In this document: positions 56,183-64,000 of the stretch, one piece after another
Position numbering within the stretch: the stretch's first letter is position 1
Layout of the letters: each line of letters starts with the position of its first letter
Assembly (NCBI GenBank): GCA_963663275.1
Contig: OY760183.1
Location: forward strand, 3,072,001-3,136,000
DNA: 64,000 nt
Source of the DNA: Chloroflexota bacterium
Lineage (GTDB): Bacteria > Chloroflexota > UBA11872 > VXOZ01
Direction: 5' to 3'
Notes under the pieces: model-generated
What the model was told of the DNA's origin: nothing
The model's input: the letters and a program-made list of their open reading frames with translations, nothing else
Database searches by the model: none
Translations under genes and position numbers: made by a program

Positions 56183-57796
56183 CTAGTCCGCCGCGCCGCC
56201 GGGGGCGGGTTCGGGCTGCGATGTGTCGGACGCATCGGTCTCGCTTGCGCCGGAGCTTTGCATCAGGGCGCTGAACGGGTGGAGTTTGTGCAGGCAGTGG
56301 TTGCCCGTATCCGCCACGTAGACGTGGTCCCGCTCATCCACCGCAATCCCGCACGGGTCCGAAAACTGCCCCTGCTGGCCCGCCACCAGCGTGCCCCATT
56401 GAAAGAGCGGCTCACCGGCGGGCGACAACTCCTGAATGCGGTTGTTCCACGTATCGGCCACGTAGATCCTGCCCCGGCGATCGAGCGCAATGCCGTTCGG
56501 ATTGCGGAACTGGCCCGGTTCGGCGCCTTCCGCGCCCCATTGCTGCGCCGCAGCGCCGTCGGACGTGAGTTTCTGAATGCGGTGGTTCCCCGAATCGGCC
56601 ACGTAGACCCAGCCTTCGTAGTCCACCGCGATTCCCACCGGCGCGCGAAACTCTCCCGGCTCGTCGCCGTGCGCGCCCCACAGCGCCAGCAACTCGCCCT
56701 TCGGGGAAAACTTCTGCACGCGATGGTTGCCGGTATCGGCCACGTAGACGTTGCCGTCCGTGTCCACCGTAATGCCGCTGGGCGTGCGGAATTGCCCGGG
56801 TTTCGCGCCCTGCTCGCCCCATTGCGCCAGCGGCTCGCCGTCCGCGGAAAGTTTCTGAATGCGGTGATTGAGCGTGTCGGTCACGAACACCTGGCCTTCC
56901 GCGTCAACCGTTAGTGCACGCGGCGAACGAAATTGGCCCGCCTTCTGCCCCGTCGTCCCCCATTGGGCGACCGCCTCGCCGGCGGCGGAGAGTTTCTGCA
57001 CGCGGTTATTCAGCGTATCGACGGCGTACATATTGCCGTGCCCGTCCAGCGCCACGTCGTGCGGAGAACTGAACTGGCCCGGCCGCGAGCCGCCCTCCCC
57101 CCAGATTGCGATACTGCGGCGGCGCTGGCCGGCTTGCACGCGGCGGACGAGCCGCACGGCCCACACCAACGATACGACGAGAGCGATGAGCGAGAGCGGC
57201 AGCAACCACAGCGCGCCCAGCAACAACGGAAAGTCGTACAGGGCATGCAACGCCACCGGGGCCAGCCAGGCAATCAGCAGGCTCCGTCTGCGGCGCTCGC
57301 TATCGAATACCGCCTGGGCGATGAAATAGCCCATGATTGCGCCCAGTGCGGCGTGGACCGGTAGCGAGGTGAGCGCGCGCAGGAGCGCCCCCAGCGCATC
57401 ACCTTCCAACACGTAGGCGATATTCTCCAACGTCGCGAAACTCAGCGAGGCGACCACACCGTACACCACGCCATCGAACGGCTCCGCCAGCCGTTTGCGC
57501 TGGCAGGAGTAGTTGGCAAGCACGATGAACTTGAACGACTCCTGGAGTACGGCCGCGCCCAGGATTGCCTGTATCAACGACACCAGTAAGCGGCTGCCCG
57601 TGGCGCCGTACGCAACTGAGAAGATGATTGAAATGGGAAAGGTCAGGATGATAACCGGCAGGATGGCGAGGATGCCAAACCCGAGGGTTGCCCAGAGGAT
57701 GGCGCGGGGTTGGGGAAACTGGGGCCGGGTGTGCAGGACCCACATGATAACAAGCCCCGGCGCCACCGCGGCGGTAAACATCAATAGTGGTTGCAA
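56183..57796 (-). CDS. PrsW-family intramembrane protease domain fused to an NHL-repeat beta-propeller
   Basis: QESFK, DGVVYG, FATLEN, PVHA, LHALYD; six GQF..P.GIAVD..G.VYVADT.NHRIQK repeats; TTG start after GGAGG. Confidence 0.85.
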   Translation of the reverse strand: MQPLLMFTAAVAPGLVIMWVLHTRPQFPQPRAILWATLGFGILAILPVIILTFPISIIFSVAYGATGSRLLVSLIQAILGAAVLQESFKFIVLANYSCQRKRLAEPFDGVVYGVVASLSFATLENIAYVLEGDALGALLRALTSLPVHAALGAIMGYFIAQAVFDSERRRRSLLIAWLAPVALHALYDFPLLLGALWLLPLSLIALVVSLVWAVRLVRRVQAGQRRRSIAIWGEGGSRPGQFSSPHDVALDGHGNMYAVDTLNNRVQKLSAAGEAVAQWGTTGQKAGQFRSPRALTVDAEGQVFVTDTLNHRIQKLSADGEPLAQWGEQGAKPGQFRTPSGITVDTDGNVYVADTGNHRVQKFSPKGELLALWGAHGDEPGEFRAPVGIAVDYEGWVYVADSGNHRIQKLTSDGAAAQQWGAEGAEPGQFRNPNGIALDRRGRIYVADTWNNRIQELSPAGEPLFQWGTLVAGQQGQFSDPCGIAVDERDHVYVADTGNHCLHKLHPFSALMQSSGASETDASDTSQPEPAPGGAAD

Positions 57797-57834
57797 TACT
57801 GCCTCCGTAATCGTTTCGCGGCGACTGGCGGCCT

Positions 57835-60189
57835 CTAGGGCGCGAATTCCATCCACACGGGACTTGACCAGGCCCGGGGGCCCCAGGCGGGCGCAACGTT
57901 CGAGAGATGGTTGCGCCAAGGCATCGACTGTTCGACGGAGAGATAGTAGAAGTGCGCGCCCGGCGCGGCGCCCGCGTCCGTAAACGCGCCCGCGGCCTGC
58001 GCCTCCGCCGCCTCCCAGGTCTTGACTACCTCGCCGTCGCGCGTCAGCGCAACGATCGCCGGCCGCTCCGTCAACTGCGCCTGCCAGCGGATTTCCGGCG
58101 GCGTCCGGGTGCGGCCCTCACCGCCCATGAAGACGCCGGCAACCCAGAGTTGCACGGCGATGCGGGAGCCGTCGGTGGCAAAGCAGCGATGTTGCCGCAG
58201 CGCCTCCAGGATTGCCGGACGAGTCAACTCCGCGGCGTAGATGCCGGTCAGGCCGCCGCCGGTGCCCGCCGTGCGCCGGTGGCCGTCGCTGCAACCGATG
58301 AAGCCCAGCTTGCGCCCGCTCCGCAACACCGCGTGAATCTTCTCCCGATACGCCGGATCCAGCATGTGCACGCGCCAGCCGGAACAGACTTCCATATTCG
58401 TTTCCGTCGCTGAGTCCGACAAGTGCTGCCAATGCTCGTGGTGCGGATGCAGGATTGCGCCGTACTCTTCAGCGTGCGCCGCCAGCGCCGCCAGCGGTTC
58501 CCCCTCCACCTCGGTATAGCGCAGCAGGGGCAAGTCCTGATCACCGGCAATTACCGTGCGGTGGTTCGACGTCCGTGTGCCGGTTGCGCGGCTCATCTGC
58601 GACCACTCGAACGCCGGCAGCAGCACCAGGTCGTCCAGGTGGCCGAAGTGGCGGGCGAAGTGGCAGTCCAGGTCGTATTCCGACCCCGTGAGACTGAGCA
58701 GGTGCTTGTCGTTATCGGAAATCGCCATGCAGTCCAGGTGCGCCAGATCGCGCGCGTAGGCGATCAGTTCGTCAACGTACCCCTCCGCGTCGGCGGAATG
58801 GGTAGAGTGCACGTGCAAGTCCGCCCAATAGAGGGAAAGCCGCTCTTCCTCTCTCCCATCCGCCTCCGCCTGGCCGCCGGCGGGAGTGCGCGCGCTCGGC
58901 CTCGGCTCGAGGCGCTGCTCATCCACCGTTACCGGCCGCCAGCCGTGCCACGCGCCCTCAACCTGAAAGACCGGCGCGTCATCCACGCTGTACGCGGCCA
59001 GGCATACGTCCTCCACCGAAATCTCCGGCGCAACTCGCGCCGTCAGCCAGAGGTCTTTCCGCCCGGCGGCGTTGGCGACCGGCGTGTAGTAGCGCGGCCC
59101 TTCCGCGATCGCGCGGGTTTCCTGCGCCACCGGTGTGGCGCCCTTCGCGGCAGGCTCGATGAAGCGTCCGCAGAGCACGCCCGGGGTGGTGTGCGTGCTG
59201 CCGTTGGGTAGTTGCTTCCGTTCCCAGAGCAGCCGCGCGCCGCCATTGGGACGCGCGACCACCAGCGGTTTGCGCCGCCTCCCAAGATAGCCCCACACGC
59301 CCAGGCCTTGCCACTCCAACATCCCCCAGGCCAGCACGCCGAGGTCCGGCGAGCCGTCGGCAGCGCGCACGAGGTCCCAACGCCCGCCAAGCCGCCGCGC
59401 GACTCGCGCCACCGGCCACTGGTCGAGCACGTTCGTATCGCTCACGACTTCCTGCCGGCAGAGCCACGCAATCCAGGGAGCGCCGTCGGCGTCCAGCGTG
59501 AGCGAGGGCGCAAGTTGCCACGCCGCCGCCGTAACCATGTCCGTTTCCGCGGCGCGGTCGCTGACCACTTCACGCCGGACAACGGAGCCGTCGCGGCTCA
59601 CGAAGGCGGCGTGGACGCCGAAGGTCTTGCCATCGTACTCGTCCCACGCAACCCAGCAGCCGTCCGCGGCCACGGCCACCTCCGGCCGCTGTACCCAGCC
59701 GGGCGCGCCGGTCACGTCCACAGGTTCCGACCAGCCCTCGCCGTCGTTTACGGCAAGGCGAATGGCGTACGTGCCGGACGCGGCCGCCTCGCACCACACG
59801 ACCGCCATGCGTCCTTGAGCGGAATCGGCGTGGAGCGACACCACAAAACCCTGGCTGCCGAGCGGTTGCGGCGATTCCCAGCCGGACTCTGAACGCGCGG
59901 CGCCGACCGCGGCATAGGAACCCGATGAGTCTTGGGAAATCCAAACGCTTGTGGGCGCATCCTGTATTAGACCGACGTGGGGCGAGTGGTTACCGTTGCC
60001 CGAAGCAGAAACCGCTTCGAGCGGCGCCAGTTCATCGCCGTGAAGCGCCCGGGCGTAGATGCGCTCGGCATCCCGGTGGTAGCCCTGCCACACGGTCCAG
60101 GTGGTGTCGCCGCTTTGCGCCGCATGGGGCGTATGGCACTCGATGCCTTCCAACTCCGCCGACAGGACCGCGTGCAGGGTAGTCTTCAT
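57835..60189 (-). CDS. Large protein with a C-terminal PHP-like metallohydrolase domain (DUF3604-like) and a beta-rich N-terminus
   Basis: WADLHVHSTHSAD, FEWS, HPHH, GFIGCSDGH, ILEALRQHRCFATDG. Confidence 0.78.
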   Translation of the reverse strand: MKTTLHAVLSAELEGIECHTPHAAQSGDTTWTVWQGYHRDAERIYARALHGDELAPLEAVSASGNGNHSPHVGLIQDAPTSVWISQDSSGSYAAVGAARSESGWESPQPLGSQGFVVSLHADSAQGRMAVVWCEAAASGTYAIRLAVNDGEGWSEPVDVTGAPGWVQRPEVAVAADGCWVAWDEYDGKTFGVHAAFVSRDGSVVRREVVSDRAAETDMVTAAAWQLAPSLTLDADGAPWIAWLCRQEVVSDTNVLDQWPVARVARRLGGRWDLVRAADGSPDLGVLAWGMLEWQGLGVWGYLGRRRKPLVVARPNGGARLLWERKQLPNGSTHTTPGVLCGRFIEPAAKGATPVAQETRAIAEGPRYYTPVANAAGRKDLWLTARVAPEISVEDVCLAAYSVDDAPVFQVEGAWHGWRPVTVDEQRLEPRPSARTPAGGQAEADGREEERLSLYWADLHVHSTHSADAEGYVDELIAYARDLAHLDCMAISDNDKHLLSLTGSEYDLDCHFARHFGHLDDLVLLPAFEWSQMSRATGTRTSNHRTVIAGDQDLPLLRYTEVEGEPLAALAAHAEEYGAILHPHHEHWQHLSDSATETNMEVCSGWRVHMLDPAYREKIHAVLRSGRKLGFIGCSDGHRRTAGTGGGLTGIYAAELTRPAILEALRQHRCFATDGSRIAVQLWVAGVFMGGEGRTRTPPEIRWQAQLTERPAIVALTRDGEVVKTWEAAEAQAAGAFTDAGAAPGAHFYYLSVEQSMPWRNHLSNVAPAWGPRAWSSPVWMEFAP

Positions 60190-60241
60190 CAGGCTCTCTT
60201 CCGCCGTTTGTTGCTTTGGTTGCTTGGGGCCGCGTCCGCCG

Positions 60242-61780
60242 TCACGCCTGGCCGAGATCTTTCAGAATCTCGTGGGCCGCGTTATGGCCGGGCACGCCGC
60301 TGATCTCGCCGCCCGGATGCTGGCCCGCGCCGCAGAGGTAGAGTCCCGGCAGCGGCGCGCGATAGTGGGCAATCTCCGGCAGGGGGCGGTTCCACACCAG
60401 ATGTTCGCCGATGTGCTGGACGTGCCAGATACAGCCGTCGGTCAAGCCGTTCTCCCGTTCCAGGTCCAGCGGGGTGCGCAGCTTGTAGTCCCGGATCGAG
60501 CGGCGGAAGTTCGGCGCGTGCTCGGTGATCTGGTCTATCAATCCTTCCGCCACCTGCTCGCGCACGTCGTCCCACGACCCGTTCCGCAGTTTCCCCGGCG
60601 CGGCGTAGATCCAAATCGAGGCGGTGTGGTAGCCCGGCTGGGTCAGGCTGTCGTCAACCGCCGACGGAATCGAATAGCTCACCAGCGGCTTGCGCGGCGG
60701 GCGCCCGGCCTCGAGGTCGTCGTAGCAGGCGGACATCTCGGCCCGCGTGAGGCTGATTACGACCGCGCCCTTACTGGGCGTCTCCAGATCGCCGTCCCAC
60801 GCGGTCCATTGCGGCAACTCCGAAATCACCGCCAGGAACTTATAGCAACTGACGTGGGTGACGAGACCCTCGATCCGCTTACGGAAACCGCTGTCCAGAT
60901 GCGCCGCCGGTATGAGGCGCAGGAACGTGCGTTTGGGGTCGAGATTGGACGCCACCACGCGGCTGCGGACGTCGCCGCCGTTGGCAAGCCGGATGCCTAC
61001 GACCGCTCCGCCTTCTACCAGGAATTCTTCGACCTTATGGTCGGTGTGGATCGTGACGCCGGCCTCTTCCGCCGACTCCCTGAACAGTTGGCTGATCACG
61101 CCAACGCCGCCGCGCACGTAGCCGTTCGGCGGCTTGATGCCCGTCTCCTCATCCACCGCGTTCAAGGAGGCGTAGGCGAGTTGAAAGGCCAGCGGGTTGC
61201 GCCCGGCGGCGCCCGCCTCGTATCCCAGGCGGTCCTTGAGATGCCCGTCCGGCAGGAATTCGTCCTGGAGGTCGTAGATTCGGGTGGTCAGGGCCTTCTC
61301 CAGCACGTCCGCCGCCGGCGTCCCGGCGACCTTTGCCCGCACCTCGGCCAGCGAGGGCGGCGGTTGCAGCCGGTACGGCGAAATCGTCCGCTGCAACGTG
61401 TTCTTGAACTCCCCGTAGCGGCGCTGGCCGTCGCGCTCCTCCTGGGTCAGGTGGAGCGCGCGATTGCGGGGCGATTCATGGGTCTTCGGCCCAAAGTACG
61501 TCCCGTCCGGCAGCACCTGAATCCCCTGGCGGGGGATGACCTCCATCCCGCGTTCGAGCAGGCGAAAGTCGCGATAGATCTTCGGCTGGATACCGTGGAC
61601 CATGTGGGCGCAGGTGGAAAACTTGAAGCCCGGCCACAGTTCCTCCGTAATCGCCGCGCCGCCGGTGAAAGCGCGCCGTTCGAAGACGTGCACCTTAAGC
61701 CCGGCCCACGCCAGATAGGTCGCGGCCACCAGGCCGTTGTGCCCGCCGCCGACCACCGCTACGTCGATGTCGCCTGCCAC
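60242..61780 (-). CDS. Phytoene dehydrogenase-like FAD oxidoreductase (COG1233)
   Basis: GGGHNGLVAATYLA, GGAAITEE, TPLDLE, GLYLCGAGQHPGG.ISG.PGHNAA. Confidence 0.88.
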   Translation of the reverse strand: MAGDIDVAVVGGGHNGLVAATYLAWAGLKVHVFERRAFTGGAAITEELWPGFKFSTCAHMVHGIQPKIYRDFRLLERGMEVIPRQGIQVLPDGTYFGPKTHESPRNRALHLTQEERDGQRRYGEFKNTLQRTISPYRLQPPPSLAEVRAKVAGTPAADVLEKALTTRIYDLQDEFLPDGHLKDRLGYEAGAAGRNPLAFQLAYASLNAVDEETGIKPPNGYVRGGVGVISQLFRESAEEAGVTIHTDHKVEEFLVEGGAVVGIRLANGGDVRSRVVASNLDPKRTFLRLIPAAHLDSGFRKRIEGLVTHVSCYKFLAVISELPQWTAWDGDLETPSKGAVVISLTRAEMSACYDDLEAGRPPRKPLVSYSIPSAVDDSLTQPGYHTASIWIYAAPGKLRNGSWDDVREQVAEGLIDQITEHAPNFRRSIRDYKLRTPLDLERENGLTDGCIWHVQHIGEHLVWNRPLPEIAHYRAPLPGLYLCGAGQHPGGEISGVPGHNAAHEILKDLGQA

Positions 61781-61890
61781 GAGAGACTCCTCACTAATTG
61801 GATTGACCGCCCAATCGTCCGCGCGCCCGCCTTGGCTGCGGCAAACCAACGACTTAACTCGTCCCGCAATATATAGCTCTGTGCAGACTG

Positions 61891-62148
61891 CCCTTCGACA
61901 GGCTCAGGGCGAATGGGAAGCGCCTCAGGACGAACAGGAAGCCGCTCGGGACGAACGGGAAGCGGCAAGGGTTAACGAAGAACCGCTATACCCGTTCGCG
62001 CTGAGCCTGTCGAAGCGTCCGCTGAGCCCGTCGAAGCGTCCGCTAAACCTGTCGAATCGCTCAAACCGTAGGGGTGCCCCTCGTGGGTACCCCCACCGGC
62101 GTACAACGGGACTGCCCTCGCCAAGGCACCCACAAGGGGCACCCCTAC
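61891..62148. repeat. REP-like cluster with 21-bp tandem expansions and a GTAG doublet
   Basis: CCCTTCGACAGGCTCAGGGCGAA unit; three CTCAGGRCGAA..GGAAGC and three CGCTGAGCCTGTCGAAGCGTC; GTAGGGGTGCCCC / GGGGCACCCCTAC. Confidence 0.8.
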
Positions 62149-62211
62149 GGCTGAGGGCACAAAACGCCCAGCACGCGCGCGGGCCACGATTGCGTTTTAG
62201 CCCACCGCCGC

Positions 62212-63633
62212 CTAGATGCCAAGCTCCTTGCGCCACTCCTCGGCGATGATGTTCATCTGCTCTTCAGCCGTGGCCAACGCCTCCTGGATGCCCACCTCAC
62301 CGTTCCAGATCGAGCCGACCCATTTGCCCGAGAGCACTTGCTGGCGCATCTGGTCGGAGCCGGGCACGCCAAAGCCCAGCGTTGACGTGCGGTACTGCAT
62401 GTTCTCCGACATGTGGAGCACGAACGGATCGTTCTCGTGGAACTCCTCGGACAGCGTTGCCGACTTGCGTACCGGCACCCGGTCGAAGGTCTTGGTGAAG
62501 GCCAAGGTGTTCTCCGGCCGCGCCAGGAACTCAAGCAACGCGAACGACTCTTCCGCCACCTCGGTCCAACCGGAAACCATGTGAATCCACGCGCCGCCCA
62601 GGCTCACCTGCCGCGCGGCATTGGCGGGTAAGGGGAAGCCCGTGTACCCGAACTCGTAGTCCGGATCGATCGGGCGTATCTGCTGCTTGCGCTCAGCGTA
62701 GGTCATGTAGATGCTGGCGCACTTGGCGTTGATGAGCGCCGCTCCCCGGTCTCTGCCGGAAGGCCGCGCTGATTCTTGAAACTCCTTGATGGCGGCGAAC
62801 CCGTCCTGCAGGTCCCACAGCCGCTTGACGAACGTAAACGCCTCGACCCCCTCAGGCGTATTGAAAGTCATCTTGGTGCGGTCTTCGTTGGTGCGGCTGC
62901 CGCCAAGTTGCAGCAGCGGGAGCATGAAGAGCCACGTGCCGTTGGAGCCCCAGTCGGGCGGAAAACCCGCCACCGTCAGCTTGCCCGCGGCGTCCTTCTG
63001 CGTGGTCTTCTGGATGGCTTCCTCGAATTCGTCCCACGTCTGCGGCCCCACCGCCGGATCCAGACCGCCCTTGATGTAGAGGTCGATGTTCATGTAGAGC
63101 ACGCGCATGTCCGGGCCGTAGGGCATGCCGAACACCCGGCCGTCGCGCCACACCACAGGCTCCATCAGGCCTTCCCACACGTCGTCCATGTCGAGGCCCG
63201 TCAGCTTGATGTAGTCATTCAGAGCGAGAACCGTGCCCTGCAAGCCCCGGTCGATCGGCGTGCCTTCGCCGCCGGTCACCACGTCGTAGGGGATGTTGGC
63301 GGCCGCGGCGGCCGCGAACGCCTCGTTGCGATTGCCGGTGTACGGCTCCACGAGCAGATTGATATTGTCAAATTCCGCGCTGAACGCCTCCATGAGACCG
63401 GCGGACACGTGCCCTTCCTCATGGAACTTGAAGGCGGGATTGGGCACGAAGACCACGTCTACCGGCTCGGCCGCCGGCGGCGCCGCTTCCGCCTTCTGCT
63501 CGGCGGGCTTCTCTTCGGCCATCTCCGGCTGGGTCGCCACCGCGCCGCAGGCGGCAAGGGCGGCCATCACGGGAACACTGCTTGCCCCAATGAGCACTTT
63601 TCGTCGGGTTAGCGCCGTCGCTTGCTTGGACAT
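62212..63633 (-). CDS. ABC solute-binding lipoprotein (family 1)
   Basis: TRRKVL signal, LAAC lipobox, GRVFGMP, LYMN, PQTWDEF. Confidence 0.88.
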   Translation of the reverse strand: MSKQATALTRRKVLIGASSVPVMAALAACGAVATQPEMAEEKPAEQKAEAAPPAAEPVDVVFVPNPAFKFHEEGHVSAGLMEAFSAEFDNINLLVEPYTGNRNEAFAAAAAANIPYDVVTGGEGTPIDRGLQGTVLALNDYIKLTGLDMDDVWEGLMEPVVWRDGRVFGMPYGPDMRVLYMNIDLYIKGGLDPAVGPQTWDEFEEAIQKTTQKDAAGKLTVAGFPPDWGSNGTWLFMLPLLQLGGSRTNEDRTKMTFNTPEGVEAFTFVKRLWDLQDGFAAIKEFQESARPSGRDRGAALINAKCASIYMTYAERKQQIRPIDPDYEFGYTGFPLPANAARQVSLGGAWIHMVSGWTEVAEESFALLEFLARPENTLAFTKTFDRVPVRKSATLSEEFHENDPFVLHMSENMQYRTSTLGFGVPGSDQMRQQVLSGKWVGSIWNGEVGIQEALATAEEQMNIIAEEWRKELGI

Positions 63634-63870
63634 CTCACGTCTCCTCTCAAAGTTCCCACTTGCTTCACAACCAAGGTTCGTAAAGGAACACGCCTCCTTT
63701 GCGCTGCGCTACGAACCAATTGCCACAATAACGGCAGACACCGCTTGCATGAGAGTATACCACGCTCCGCATCTCTTCAAATCCGGCACTACCCAAAGAC
63801 GCCGACCCGCGCGGCTAACCCAAGCGCCCTGCCAAAAGTAGTGGACAAGCCCTAACGCTATCGCCCACCC

Positions 63871-64000
63871 GTAGCGCGGGGGCTTGTCCCCCGCCAGGGG
63901 AAATCACCCACCTGTTGTCGCACCACCGTAGCGCGGGGGCTTGCCCCTCGCCTGGGGAAAACGCCCAAACGTCGTCGCCCAACCGTAGCGCGGGGGCTTG
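63871..64000 (+). repeat. Tandem GTAG-type REP array with a 57-bp period, running off the window
   Basis: GTAGCGCGGGGGCTTG at 63871, 63928, 63985. Confidence 0.85.

Noticed and set aside
63871-64000. Regular 57-bp-period array resembling CRISPR
   Set aside because: Intervening sequences are similar to each other, so this is a tandem REP duplication; it is also truncated by the window

Overview
GC-rich bacterial chromosomal segment. The gene style suggests Chloroflexota, possibly a marine or sponge-associated lineage, but that is inference only. It holds about 46 CDS. Housekeeping genes: plsX, holA, rpsT, gpsA, queA, pcrA/uvrD, murG-like, rsmD, recG, fakA/DAK2, rpmB, tlyA. Other content: an Fe3+ ABC operon, a TetR/MFS efflux pair, a two-gene molybdoenzyme complex, three orphan solute-binding lipoproteins, many hydrolases and oxidoreductases, and one intact IS481. 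No rRNA, tRNA or CRISPR was recognised. Two things stand out. (1) A subtilisin-fold gene (22432-23838) has a triad reading Glu-His-Cys instead of Asp-His-Ser, an apparent natural thiol-subtilase. It lies between two paralogous binding proteins and near an M14-fold protein whose active site is also altered. (2) The intergenic DNA holds at least five MITE families, each with readable terminal inverted repeats and target-site duplications. They carry REP-like palindromes as cargo and mostly insert into REP-like hairpins, sometimes nested in one another. One REP-like unit has entered the fakA coding frame. All alignments were done by eye and no database searches were run.
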